DNA of 63,814 bases, filler included, from Globobulimina sp. (lineage: Eukaryota): NCBI GenBank assembly GCA_003354225.1. It is 19 parts of 19 records of this genome, joined end to end, with 100 filler letters (N's around TTAATTAATTAA, not from the genome) between each part and the next. Parts side by side here need not be neighbours in the genome. Positions count along the whole stretch, not along the records: positions 43,746 to 47,007 come from PIVH01003266.1; positions 47,108 to 50,369 come from PIVH01003267.1; positions 50,470 to 53,731 come from PIVH01003268.1; positions 53,832 to 57,092 come from PIVH01003269.1; 15 more parts are not named here. One strand, given 5' to 3'. Both the position numbers and the translations under genes were made by a program. The notes below the pieces were generated by a model, which was given only the letters and a program-made list of their open reading frames with translations, was not told where the DNA came from and searched no databases. Positions 44,290 through 55,270 of this stretch are shown piece after piece; position 1 is the first letter of the stretch; every line of letters begins with the position of its first letter.

Positions 44290-45891
44290 ATGTACAGGAA
44301 TTGTTTGAAATGGTTAGCAAAATGTAATCCAGACAAAGCAGATGAATTAGTATCAACAACCACTGCCCCAATTATCCGCATATCCAAATGTGGCATTCGT
44401 CGCTTAAACGGCATTTATAAACAACACTCAAAAGTGCATCCCTTTACATATTCACATTCAACAACATCGTCATTCTCAATAATTCGAAGCGATATTAACG
44501 AATTATCACTGAAACGCGTATGGATTATTACTGAAAAATCGTGTGCAAATAATTCAAATTTTATCATTCATCATTACATCAATAAGCAAATTACCTCTTT
44601 ATATCCACCATTAAAACAATGGCAATGTATTGCTGGAATACGTCCATTGCCGTTTATTAAACACATTGAAGATAAACCAAATAAAAATAGACCAATTATT
44701 AAGTTAACTGCAGAGGAAGAAAAAGCAAATAAACATTTGCAGCAATTATGGAGGGAATATCCCAAAATACCAAATTTAATGCAAACAATGTTTATAAAAG
44801 AATTAAATGAAACTGGATATACGGCAGATAATGTCATCTGGGTTGCAACCGAGAAGGTACATGGCGCAAATCTAAGGTTTGTGCTTTTTAATTTTTATAA
44901 TAACTTTATTTTATTAGTTGCTATAATAAGTTTAATGACTGATGGAAAATATATGTTATCAGCAAAAAGAACGTCAATTCTGAATGACAACGATGCATTT
45001 TATAAAGGTTGGCATCTGGTGGTCAGTGCAGAAAAGCAAACCATTTTTAAGTGTTATCAATATATTAAACATAACATTGATACGTCAGTGATGGCGATAA
45101 TTGTTTATGGGGAATTATTTGGTGGTTCATACAGTTTTAATATCAACGACAAAATGGAGGAAAAAGTTGACAATAAAATAAAATACGTTCGCATTCAGAA
45201 AGGGGTGGATTATTCACCGAGGCACCATTTTTATCCATTTGATGTATTTATCATTGATGGCGAGGACAATGGATATTTTTTAGAATGGAATAAATTGATA
45301 ATATTGTTTAAGGAATGCGGTTTTGAGATATATTCAACATCAATTATTGAAGGAAATATCCAGGAAATAATTCGTGAGTTTGATCCAAATTTTTTTGAGA
45401 CTAGAATACCATCAAAATTATCATTGGCAAAACCAAGTAAAAATTATATCGCCGAAGGGGTTGTATTGCGAACAAAATTTGGGAAAAGAATATGTATTAA
45501 GTACAAAGCAGATAAATTTGGTGAAATTGATGTGGATAAAAAATCAGAATTGAAAAGAAATATTTCTTTACCAACATCATTGAAAGAGATTGAAAAAGAA
45601 ATATTAAACAATATATTAAATAGTGACAGGGAAATAATTGATTTCATTTATCAATGTATTAATATCAATCGGTTAAATTCTGTCTCATCCAAAATTGGCC
45701 CGGTTAATCACAGGAAAAATTATAATAAAATTGTGGGGAATTTTACTGTCGATGTTTGGCACCAAATTGAAACATGTTTATTGCAGTCAGATAAAACTCA
45801 AACACTCTCAAAAAACGAGCAAATGACAATTAAAAAGTTTATTACTGAGTGTATTCGTCAATTTGTGACTGATTTTATCAATGAAATTTGA
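44290..45891 (+). CDS. Rnl2-family (T4 Rnl2/RNA-editing ligase-like) RNA ligase with one intron (44877-44930)
   Basis: Motif I WVATEKVHGAN, III YGELFGG, IIIa FYPFDV, IV AEGVVL, V IKYKADKF, and the Rnl2 C-domain NRLNSVSSKIG. Splicing gives GANLSLMTDG. Confidence 0.9.
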   Translation: MYRNCLKWLAKCNPDKADELVSTTTAPIIRISKCGIRRLNGIYKQHSKVHPFTYSHSTTSSFSIIRSDINELSLKRVWIITEKSCANNSNFIIHHYINKQITSLYPPLKQWQCIAGIRPLPFIKHIEDKPNKNRPIIKLTAEEEKANKHLQQLWREYPKIPNLMQTMFIKELNETGYTADNVIWVATEKVHGANLRFVLFNFYNNFILLVAIISLMTDGKYMLSAKRTSILNDNDAFYKGWHLVVSAEKQTIFKCYQYIKHNIDTSVMAIIVYGELFGGSYSFNINDKMEEKVDNKIKYVRIQKGVDYSPRHHFYPFDVFIIDGEDNGYFLEWNKLIILFKECGFEIYSTSIIEGNIQEIIREFDPNFFETRIPSKLSLAKPSKNYIAEGVVLRTKFGKRICIKYKADKFGEIDVDKKSELKRNISLPTSLKEIEKEILNNILNSDREIIDFIYQCININRLNSVSSKIGPVNHRKNYNKIVGNFTVDVWHQIETCLLQSDKTQTLSKNEQMTIKKFITECIRQFVTDFINEI

Positions 45892-46008
45892 ATGAATCCA
45901 ACACTTGAATAAGCTCCGAAATTGTATACATTATCCTTGCACAAATTGTTCAAACACACTGTGTTTCCAAAAACGTTATATATCAAAAAATATCACAAAA
46001 AGAAGCAA

Positions 46009-47007
46009 TCAGTCAGCTCCACTCATTACATTCCATCTATTGCCACCACTCGGACGTGGTAGATACTGCGGATGTTGTTTTCTAAAATTATCAGATAACT
46101 GTTTTAAAAATTCATCATCACCACAAACATAATGATCAACCATACACAAAATATCCATTGGAATTGTTAACTGTTTCTGATTAACACAAGCAACAAAAAT
46201 ACATCTAAACCAATACAAGACAATAAACTGTGTTTTGTAGATCCAATTCACCATTTTAATGTCCTCCGATTTAATTCGACTTTCTTTATTTGGATCAATC
46301 AAAAAAAATGCTAATAACTTTCTTTGTTTTTTGCCATCGACTTTTAATTGTACTCTATGAATAGTTTCCGTATTATTGAAACATACAAACATATCATCTT
46401 TCACATTAATATCAATAATATCATCTTCCATCCACTGTGAGCCACAACGACCAGTACGGAGCCCGATTTTGGCACAAATGTGTAACTTATCTGTAACAAA
46501 TTCATCTTTATCGAAATAATATAATGTATTTGCGACAATGTAATGATCGAAAATGGATCCTTCACAATGCCAACCACCAAAATATTCCATCTGATCTGCA
46601 AATATATATTTTTGACATTTAACAATCACATATAATTTCTTGTATTTTTTGGCTAAATTTTTAATTTTTAATACGTATTGAAACATTGGAATGGTTTTAT
46701 TGAATATATTTTCGATAATGTTGTATAACGATTTATGTTTATAATGCGGAATACTATTTATCTCCGAACGGATGATATATTTATTTGCTTTTGTATCATA
46801 TTCAAACAAAACTGGTATCCATTGAATATTTCTTTTTTCATATTCTTCTTTTTGTTTTTGTTCTTGTTGATGTCCAGTAATATGATTGTTGAGATTTAAA
46901 AATGGATCAATTAGATCCTGTATAATTGGTTTATTCTCTTGGTCCGTATCAGAGATTGTATCTGTTTTTTCTCTCTGATAATAATATACATTATCGCTTC
47001 TTGTATC
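46009..47007 (-). CDS. DUF4246-like putative 2OG-Fe(II) oxygenase-fold protein, 5' partial
   Basis: DLIDPFL, QWIP, GGWHCEG, IHRV and RKLLAFFLIDP. Confidence 0.7.
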   Translation of the reverse strand, partial: DTRSDNVYYYQREKTDTISDTDQENKPIIQDLIDPFLNLNNHITGHQQEQKQKEEYEKRNIQWIPVLFEYDTKANKYIIRSEINSIPHYKHKSLYNIIENIFNKTIPMFQYVLKIKNLAKKYKKLYVIVKCQKYIFADQMEYFGGWHCEGSIFDHYIVANTLYYFDKDEFVTDKLHICAKIGLRTGRCGSQWMEDDIIDINVKDDMFVCFNNTETIHRVQLKVDGKKQRKLLAFFLIDPNKESRIKSEDIKMVNWIYKTQFIVLYWFRCIFVACVNQKQLTIPMDILCMVDHYVCGDDEFLKQLSDNFRKQHPQYLPRPSGGNRWNVMSGAD

Positions 47008-47107
47008 NNNNNNNNNNNNNNNNNNNNNNNNNNNNNNNNNNNNNNNNNNNNTTAATTAATTAANNNNNNNNNNNNNNNNNNNNNNNNNNNNNNNNNNNNN
47101 NNNNNNN

Positions 47108-47877
47108 TCTTCATTCAATTGCAATTAACTTAACCCCATGAAAAAACTTGCTTTTCTTCGTTTAATGCCAATGTATGACAGCCACCTATTTGTATACAAC
47201 AATATACACATTACAGACGAATTAAATTATATAAACATAACCAAACCACACTCAATATCCACGATTTTGTGTTTAAATTCTTTTATTTGAGTTATCCCAT
47301 CAGACCATGATATACTTTTTCCTAACCCCAAGCCACCATCTTTAGCTTTTCCACATGAATATAAGCTACCATTTTGCGACAAAAACACAGTATACGTTAA
47401 TGCGCAGCCAATCTGTTTTACGGCAATGTTGTGTTTCCCAAAATAACTAATCTTTACACAATGATTAAGATTCCTATTTTCGTCATGTGTTACACTCAAT
47501 TGGCTCCATCCATTTTTACCAACGCCGTATAACTCATTGTTTTGTAACAGTACACATTTATGAAATGAAGAAATACCGGACGATACACATTGTATTGGTG
47601 TGGAGCTATGAACACAGATTGGTTTTAATGGGTGTTGTAACACGGATATTTCCGCAATAAATAGCATTAATATATTATAAACATGTTTAGATAATGTTTT
47701 GTATGGATTCCATACACGTATTATCCTGGCAATTAAAATATTATCCATCGATATGGAACCATATTCATTGTGTCCCCATACATATAATGTACAAAAATTA
47801 TTGCAGATTAAGTAGGTGGAACCACAATTACCTGTTATTATGTTGTTAATCGATATATTTTTTGGTAATGTTGTCAT
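47108..47877 (-). CDS. RCC1-repeat protein, 3' partial, intron 47186-47246
   Basis: VWGHNEYG, GVGKNGWSQL and SCGKAKDGGLGLG. Splicing gives ECGGCHTLAL...FSWG. Confidence 0.85.
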
Positions 47878-48269
47878 TTTCTGTAATCGCAATACATTAC
47901 GTTTGGTGCCGTTTCCCTTTTTGTATGTGGTTTGTCGAATATTCAGATGTGTAAGTATTGTATACCTGAGCTCCGTTTTTATTGCATCCAATTGTCCAAC
48001 AACACGTATACTGCGATGTTTGATGCATATAATCAGTTTGTGTGGATGTATCATATTTGGCTTCTCCAGATCCAGAAGAGCTTTGTGTATTTATTTTACG
48101 TCGATGTCGTATTCCGATGCCTGCTATATTTTCACCATCTTGTTCATCATATGAAGTATCATTTGTGAGTTGAATACTGTGTGAAATATCAATCCGGTCG
48201 GCAGCAGTGTTGGTAACACATGTTCCCATGAGGTAAATCTAAAAAAAGCCGAAAACCTTTGCTTTGAAG

Positions 48270-48641
48270 ATGCAAACACCAGAAAGCATCCAACTGAGTG
48301 TTGATGATCACGAGAAAGTTGAATTAAAGGAAATCCAGACAGATTTGAATGAATCACGTGCACGTAATGATGAGTTAGAAGCACTGCTTTTAATGTATAG
48401 AAAAAGATTAAGCCGCTGTGAGAATAATGCGCAAACAATAGGCTATTTAGATAGCAGTGCAACAACATGGCTAACCATCGGGAAGATGTTTGTAAAATAT
48501 TCAAGAGCTGATGTCGAGGCTGAAATTGAGAAAGAATTAAAAATGTATCAAAAGAAAGTATCTGATTTAGAAGTTGAGAGAATTGCTTTGAATTTGAAAA
48601 TGATGATGATAATAAATATAATGTTTACAGACTGCACATAA
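48270..48641 (+). CDS. Prefoldin beta-type subunit (subunit 1-like)
   Basis: Coiled coil, then TTWLTIGKMFV hairpin, then coiled coil; about 120 aa. Confidence 0.65.
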   Translation: MQTPESIQLSVDDHEKVELKEIQTDLNESRARNDELEALLLMYRKRLSRCENNAQTIGYLDSSATTWLTIGKMFVKYSRADVEAEIEKELKMYQKKVSDLEVERIALNLKMMMIINIMFTDCT

Positions 48642-48950
48642 GCGAGTATTGGGGACATTGAATAGGAGACAAAATAGATTTAAACGCTTTGTGGAAAAAC
48701 ATAGATATGATCCAAACAAACAGCCAACAGTCCCAACAGTCCCAACTCAAAGCAATGAACCAATGTCTGGGCATAATGTTGACTAAATTCGACAGTAATA
48801 ATGAAATAAAATATCCTTGCACAGCACAGCTCAGCTAGTCGCTTGAGGAAAATCTTTAAAACAGGAAAATCTTTAAAGCAGTGATCTCTCTGTCACTAAA
48901 TCAGGCTAGAAACTATTGATTTTATACTTACACGATATTATATATATATA

Positions 48951-50090
48951 TCATTTGATATATGTCAATGTCACAATTTGTTCGAATAACTCCGTGTCGC
49001 CACCATTTTGATCCGTTAACCATGTTGGATATGGCAAATTTTTCTCTTTTAAAAAAGCAACGTCAAATATTTTTTGCGTATATCTGGTCGATTTATCACA
49101 CAACAGAGTTACAACAATATCACTCCGACCTAAATTATGATATTTTGCACATTTTATGGCCCCCGCAACATTTAACCCACTCGATAATCCACACATTATT
49201 CCATCATTCTTTTGCATATTAAATACTTGTTTCATCATATCCTTATCCTCCACTTGGGTCAAATAATCAATTTTTATCTTACATTTTTCCAATTCTTTCA
49301 ATTGTCCGCTAACTCGACCATTCAAACCAACTCCTTCCACCACGGAATCTTCATTCATATCATGCGAGATCTCACCAAATCGAAAATAATTATACATATC
49401 ACAACCCTTTGGAACAGTTGCACAGATTTTAATATTTTTATTTTGCGATTTTAAATATTTTGATATTCCCGTAAAGGAACCTCCAGTCCCGATTGAACAC
49501 GAAAACAATGATATTTTACCATTGGTTTGTTCATATATTTCAGGCGCAGTCCCTTCAATATGTGCTAATTGATTGGATAAATTGTCCCATTGATTGGAAT
49601 AAAATATTTTTACATTTTGCAAGTGTTTTTTCAAGTTATTCGCGTATCTTTGCGTAAAACGAACGTAGTGATTTGGTGATGAATATGGATTTGGTTCCAC
49701 TTGAATCAAATATGCACCACATTGCCTCAAAATGGTTTGTTTTTCAATAGATTGCGTATTTGGCATAATAACAATCACTTTGTATCCTAATGCTTTCCCC
49801 GCAATTGCTAGTCCAATGCCTGTGTTGCCGCCAGTTCCTTCAATTATAATTCCCGGTTTGCCTCGGATTAAATCACCATTTTTTTCCGCATTTAGTATCA
49901 TCCAAAGTGCTGCTCGATCTTTAATGGAGCCACCTGGGTTTAAAAACTCTGCCTTGCCATAAATATTACATCCTGCTTCTTTCGATGCGGAGGATAAATA
50001 AATTAATGGAGTATTGCCTACTATTTGCTCGAAACCCGTTAATGGGTTGTCAAGATGACATAAAATCTTTGATAAACGTGAGGCTGCCAT
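48951..50090 (-). CDS. Cysteine synthase (PLP-dependent O-acetylserine thiol-lyase family)
   Basis: VGNTPL, KAEFLNPGGSIKDRAA (PLP lysine), TGGNTGIG, GTGG and GLSSGLN. The N-terminus resembles an organellar targeting peptide. Confidence 0.93.
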   Translation of the reverse strand: MAASRLSKILCHLDNPLTGFEQIVGNTPLIYLSSASKEAGCNIYGKAEFLNPGGSIKDRAALWMILNAEKNGDLIRGKPGIIIEGTGGNTGIGLAIAGKALGYKVIVIMPNTQSIEKQTILRQCGAYLIQVEPNPYSSPNHYVRFTQRYANNLKKHLQNVKIFYSNQWDNLSNQLAHIEGTAPEIYEQTNGKISLFSCSIGTGGSFTGISKYLKSQNKNIKICATVPKGCDMYNYFRFGEISHDMNEDSVVEGVGLNGRVSGQLKELEKCKIKIDYLTQVEDKDMMKQVFNMQKNDGIMCGLSSGLNVAGAIKCAKYHNLGRSDIVVTLLCDKSTRYTQKIFDVAFLKEKNLPYPTWLTDQNGGDTELFEQIVTLTYIK

Positions 50091-50138
50091 TAGTTAAGCA
50101 AAGTTTAAATAGTTTAAATAGTTAGTTAAGCTTTCGCA

Positions 50139-50369
50139 ATGGTCACTTTGTTTCTCGTATTAGCGTCGTGTTTTTTTGTTTCATACGCTGCCAGCACGTT
50201 TACAATAAATACTGACAAACCCGGACCAACAATAGTTGATGAATTTTTGTCCATTACAATTGACGCATCATTAGTTGAACATTTCACAGAATTTGATTTT
50301 AATTCTACATTAGTAAATACATTGGCCAAAGGTATGTCACCTGCTTATTTTCGCTATGGTGGAACGCAT
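50139..50369 (+). CDS. Heparanase-like glycoside hydrolase (GH79), 3' partial
   Basis: Signal peptide, FLSITIDASL and LAKGMSPAYFRYGGT. Confidence 0.85.
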
Positions 50370-51187
50370 NNNNNNNNNNNNNNNNNNNNNNNNNNNNNNN
50401 NNNNNNNNNNNNNTTAATTAATTAANNNNNNNNNNNNNNNNNNNNNNNNNNNNNNNNNNNNNNNNNNNNCGTTTGGCTCATCCCGTGGGCCTTGCAAGTT
50501 TGGTAGAGTCGCCATTGTTAAGTTGACGAGTGAAAACTAATTCGATTAGTGATTTTACTTTCAATTCACTTAAATGCACAAACTCTATTACAAACCGCTC
50601 AAGTAAATTATTCAACTTTAAAAAAAGATAATATAGTTAATATATTAAACAAATGTCTATTCCATAAATACGTGAATAACTGCAATAAGACAAGTAAGAT
50701 CACCATCTTCCGTGTGTGTGAGGATAATGTATTATGTATACAGTTTCAAAATTCAAACGTATTCATGTTCAAATTATTCATTTTCTAAAGTAATCTGCAT
50801 TCCCAATTTCCTGCTCATAATGACCACGTTCCCAATTCTTTTTTAGATTTTTCTTGACTTCTTTGCCTTGAATCACTACAATAATAATAAAACAATAATA
50901 ATGTGGTTTAGTTAAAAATTTGTAAACAATCTTGTCATTGTGAGGTGATATGTTGGTCGACATATAAAACCAATATAGGAAAAGTGAGGTGAGTACTTTT
51001 AGTTCTTGAGATTTGGACCATGGTACATCTGAGGTGCTTGTAGCAACCAAAGGGTTAAACTGAGTAAATTTAATTCAATACGAACAATGCTGTGATTTGG
51101 GATCATGATGTGCTTTGAGTTTTTTTTGAGTTGAGTGTGAATCCAAAAAGCAATAGCTGACCTTTAAGACGGTGTTGAATATTAAGC

Positions 51188-51982
51188 ATGACAACAGAAG
51201 TTACAGCACAGGATCCAACCCAACCACAACCAGCATGTAAGTTTGATGGGCGCCATCGACGTAAATTTCGAAGAGCATGTTGTTGCATTACATTTTTATT
51301 ATTGGTGAATGCATTCTTATTAATGCATACCGCACATTCAATTGGCGGAATTGCATGGTTTGTGATGAATGGTTCTTATACATATAAGGATACAACTTAT
51401 TTATTTGTACCAGGTGGAGCCAAAACTCTTTGTAATGATTTATGTGTTGATATGTGTATTTATAGCAAAGTTTGCGAATTAAATTCGTGTTTAAATGTAT
51501 GTAATCAACAATTGATGGAAGATGGAAATAATGATCAATTTCAATTTCAACCACCACCAAATGAGCCAATGTTAATTGATGGGATGGAGCCAATGGAGCC
51601 GTATATTGATGCAGAAGATCAAGGTCTGTCATTATTAAATTTATTCGCAAATTCGCACAACACAACAATAACAAACATACTGTGCACCACAGTTCCAGAC
51701 ATATCGGATACCGATAATGCACAGGAAATATTAAATGGAATGAAAGATGAAATTGAAGCGGTTTCTGCGCAATTAAGAGCAGCAAAAGCAGAGTATATTG
51801 CAAAATGTGAAGATGATCCATATGCATTTGGTTGTAATTTTGTTAAGGAGGCAATTAATGAATATATTGAAACATTAAAGCAATTAATTGCTGAATATGA
51901 TACATATGCGGAATCCGTGCAAATTGATATTAAAGTTAGTGTGTGGATGGTTGATGTTGATCAAGTAACTGCTACTCCGTAG
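51188..51982 (+). CDS. Type II membrane-anchored hypothetical protein
   Basis: Basic patch, CCC and a TM helix, followed by a Cys-rich then acidic helical ectodomain. Confidence 0.65.
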   Translation: MTTEVTAQDPTQPQPACKFDGRHRRKFRRACCCITFLLLVNAFLLMHTAHSIGGIAWFVMNGSYTYKDTTYLFVPGGAKTLCNDLCVDMCIYSKVCELNSCLNVCNQQLMEDGNNDQFQFQPPPNEPMLIDGMEPMEPYIDAEDQGLSLLNLFANSHNTTITNILCTTVPDISDTDNAQEILNGMKDEIEAVSAQLRAAKAEYIAKCEDDPYAFGCNFVKEAINEYIETLKQLIAEYDTYAESVQIDIKVSVWMVDVDQVTATP

Positions 51983-52157
51983 GTTCTAAACCGAAAAAAG
52001 ATTGTTTAATAAGTTTTTTTTTGTGCTTTTATTTGTATGCTTTTTTTTTGCTTCTAGTTTTTTCGTAAAATGTTATGAAGTTAAATTAATAAAATGAAAA
52101 TTCAGTTATAATGTTTTCATAAAAATTGATAAAGCATTCTATTATTTCTATAAGGAT

Positions 52158-53689
52158 CTATGCGATCATATGGCTACGTTTTAGTGCGTCATAGAATCTT
52201 TCTTCAATTTTAAGTTTATTCAACAATCCATCACATAATGGATCCGCAAGAAACCGTGGAAAGTAGTTAGATTTTAATAGTTGATAACATTTACTTTGTG
52301 CCTCATCAAATATATCTTGTAATTGATACATTTTCGACGTTGGGAAAGAATATACATGATGAATAACGTGATTTTTCTTAAACCTGTTCCTATGTGATTT
52401 GCGTGATTGCGTTGAGTCCAAAATCTCATATTTGTCCTGTTGGCCTAAGATATCTGCGATGTGTACACATATTTGCGGATCAATGACGGTTTCATCGATT
52501 TTAAACTCTGCTTCGTTTTTAATGAATTTATCAAATATTCGAAGTGCCTGCGAATATATTTGTATTACTTTGATTTTTTTAATAGTCGTATGATCACTTA
52601 ATTTCTCATAATAATAATCTTTATATATTTCCACTTCAATCCAAAATAATATCAATTCGATTCCTTGATTCTGTCTTAAATATTCACGAAAGTAATATAC
52701 GCCGTTCATGTCTGATAATAGCAAATCAATCGAATATAAAATGCGACAGTTACTGAACAATGGGATGGATTGTTGCGGTAAACGCAGTGTGCGGGATAAT
52801 GGATATATTGCTGTTATAATGTAACAAAACACAAATCTATATAACTCACAGCAGGCATTTAATATCCATGCGATATCTATCGAAGAATCATGGTCTGATT
52901 CTACGGATTCTATATATTCAAAAAAAACAAAGTATACAATATATGTACAATGCAATTGAAATAACTTTGGGTGACTGCGGCGTATAAATAAACAATGACA
53001 GAGAGTGCGGTGGCTGTGATCCATACGAAAGTGACCCAATTTAGTTCTTTGCGGATTGAAAATTCTGGTTTTAGTGGTTTTAATTTATTTACACACCAAA
53101 TTAAGGCTACACATTCGATCAAATGTATAATAATCCAGACAACCGAAGCAAAATCGAGATTGGTGCCGTGATCGCACCCGATTGAGATTAGATGGTAATG
53201 GTAATTCGAAGTCATTTCGTCGATTAAGAAGCGGAATGCAAACATCATTAAACATATAACAATGATCAACAAAATAATCCTATTTTCTTGCATCCAGTAT
53301 TTATAATGTCGATGATATCTAAATCGCTTTGATTTGCTTTCTAAATCGACAAATTCTTTGGTTTTATTATGCAAAAATCTTAAACGATGTGTACGTAAAA
53401 AATATGGTACGATACAGCCACAATAAAAGAATGACGCTGCCCATTGCCATAAAGTACAGAATGATGCAGACGTTAATACATTGGCATAAAAGACCTCTTC
53501 TGTTAAGCATGCTGATAATATGATTAAGGATAAACCACTGAATTGCATTGTCCATTGGCCGCATGCTTTTAATGGTTGTAATTCGCGTCGTTTATAGGTT
53601 GATATGGACACTATTAACCAAATTATAAAGTATATTGTTAGGAATAAAGGTATCCCCCAATTATCCGATCATATACTCCAAGATGCCAT
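52158..53689 (-). CDS. 7TM-RGS protein (membrane-anchored regulator of G-protein signalling)
   Basis: TM region followed by the RGS box YFREYL...ILFWIEVE...IFDKFI...IFDEAQ...YFPRFL. Intron near 52910-52965 and an in-frame TGA at 53669-53671. Confidence 0.85.
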
Positions 53690-53897
53690 TGTGTGCAAGG
53701 ATAAATTCATTGTGTTTAAATTAGGGGTCTCNNNNNNNNNNNNNNNNNNNNNNNNNNNNNNNNNNNNNNNNNNNNTTAATTAATTAANNNNNNNNNNNNN
53801 NNNNNNNNNNNNNNNNNNNNNNNNNNNNNNNTAACACATTCATATAATCACATTACTTCATGTACTTTAACTGTTTGCCATGTTCAGTAATCTTTAA

Positions 53898-55250
53898 ATG
53901 GGTAGAAAAAGTACCGGGGTGATGAAGCTGATATGTGCTTTAACAACATACTGGCTGCTACTATCAACTCAAAGTGCCAATATTACACAAATTGGAGAAG
54001 ATTCAGTCACAAATTGCTTTAAATTTTTAACAATCCAACAACAAAATAATTTCAAAGTGAATGACTTATTGAATGATATTTGTCGGAGATTACAAGAGCC
54101 GCTGATTGCAGATATTAAGAAATTACAACATTATTCACAAACAATTTTTGATGTAACGTTTGACAATGCATTAATTCAAGAAGTTAACAACATTTACACC
54201 GAATGCAAATATTCTGAATTGTATTATCTTAAATTACCCAAAATAATACGAAATAGTTTTAACATCATACGAAGTTTCAATCAAATACATAAATACAGCA
54301 ACAAAACGTTAACTGGAATTACAAACTTCATCACATTCATGGACTTGTTACATATTACATATATTTCCGATGAGGTTATCCAATCCGAAAAGTTTCAGCA
54401 ATTACACAACATCGCCTTGTTGGCCTTGATCACATCCAGAGAGATTCTGCACGCATTTGCTTATACAAATTTATTCGAAATGAATGCGTCTGATTGTGGT
54501 AAATATGCGTATTTTACAGACGGATTTCTTAATAATGAACATAAGCATAGTTATATTGATGTACATAGAATGCGATGCGGTATGGATACCATTCGATTTC
54601 TGTACGCATTTTCTTTAAACTCATCACTAAGTAATTATAATGTTTCTGTAAAGCATTTAATCGATAATTTTAGTTTTATTGCATGGAATCTTCCAATTAC
54701 ACAACAATGGGGACAACGCACTTTATCTTTTTATCTGGAATGTTATCATAGCGAATGGAGTGAGAGAATTTTGCCTCATTTTGACAATGGATTTGTAACA
54801 AGTAATGTTGTTCGAGAGCTAGACACCAAATTTCTGCTGAAAATTATTGAAAACAATTCTAATAACACTTATGACAGAGAACTGAACTCCGAATGCATCC
54901 ATATTTTGTCGTCTATGGCAATGCATTCCATACAATATCTGTTCAATGACAACAACCGCCATTGCAATGAATGTGATATCGAAAGAATATTATCGAAATT
55001 AAGCAAATTGGGTTTAGATGAAATGATAAATAAAATTTTATCGTTTGTAACAAACGCAAATGTTGAAAATGGCAGAAAAATGAAAGAAATATTAATCAAA
55101 ATTGATGCAAGCAAATATTTTGCAAATACATCCGATGTGTACTATGGGTATCGATATTTCTGTGAGATTGCGCAAGCATCGTGTGACTTATTTGTATGCT
55201 GTTTGGCGATAATGGCTCCCATTGTCTTTCTTATTTGGCTAGTTCACTAA
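53898..55250 (+). CDS. Hypothetical protein with signal peptide and C-terminal TM helix
   Basis: 450-aa ORF with hydrophobic termini. Confidence 0.6.
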   Translation: MGRKSTGVMKLICALTTYWLLLSTQSANITQIGEDSVTNCFKFLTIQQQNNFKVNDLLNDICRRLQEPLIADIKKLQHYSQTIFDVTFDNALIQEVNNIYTECKYSELYYLKLPKIIRNSFNIIRSFNQIHKYSNKTLTGITNFITFMDLLHITYISDEVIQSEKFQQLHNIALLALITSREILHAFAYTNLFEMNASDCGKYAYFTDGFLNNEHKHSYIDVHRMRCGMDTIRFLYAFSLNSSLSNYNVSVKHLIDNFSFIAWNLPITQQWGQRTLSFYLECYHSEWSERILPHFDNGFVTSNVVRELDTKFLLKIIENNSNNTYDRELNSECIHILSSMAMHSIQYLFNDNNRHCNECDIERILSKLSKLGLDEMINKILSFVTNANVENGRKMKEILIKIDASKYFANTSDVYYGYRYFCEIAQASCDLFVCCLAIMAPIVFLIWLVH

Positions 55251-55270
55251 AGGTTTTTTACTAAACAACA

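Noticed and set aside
16833-45891. LAGLIDADG + Rep-like + RNA ligase as one virus or mobile system
   Set aside because: They are on three unlinked contigs. The ligase has an intron and sits next to ALG14, and no capsid, polymerase or packaging genes were seen.
11528-53689. Apparent G-protein signalling cluster (G-alpha, GPCR-like, 7TM-RGS)
   Set aside because: The genes are on different contigs placed together only by length sorting, so there is no linkage evidence.
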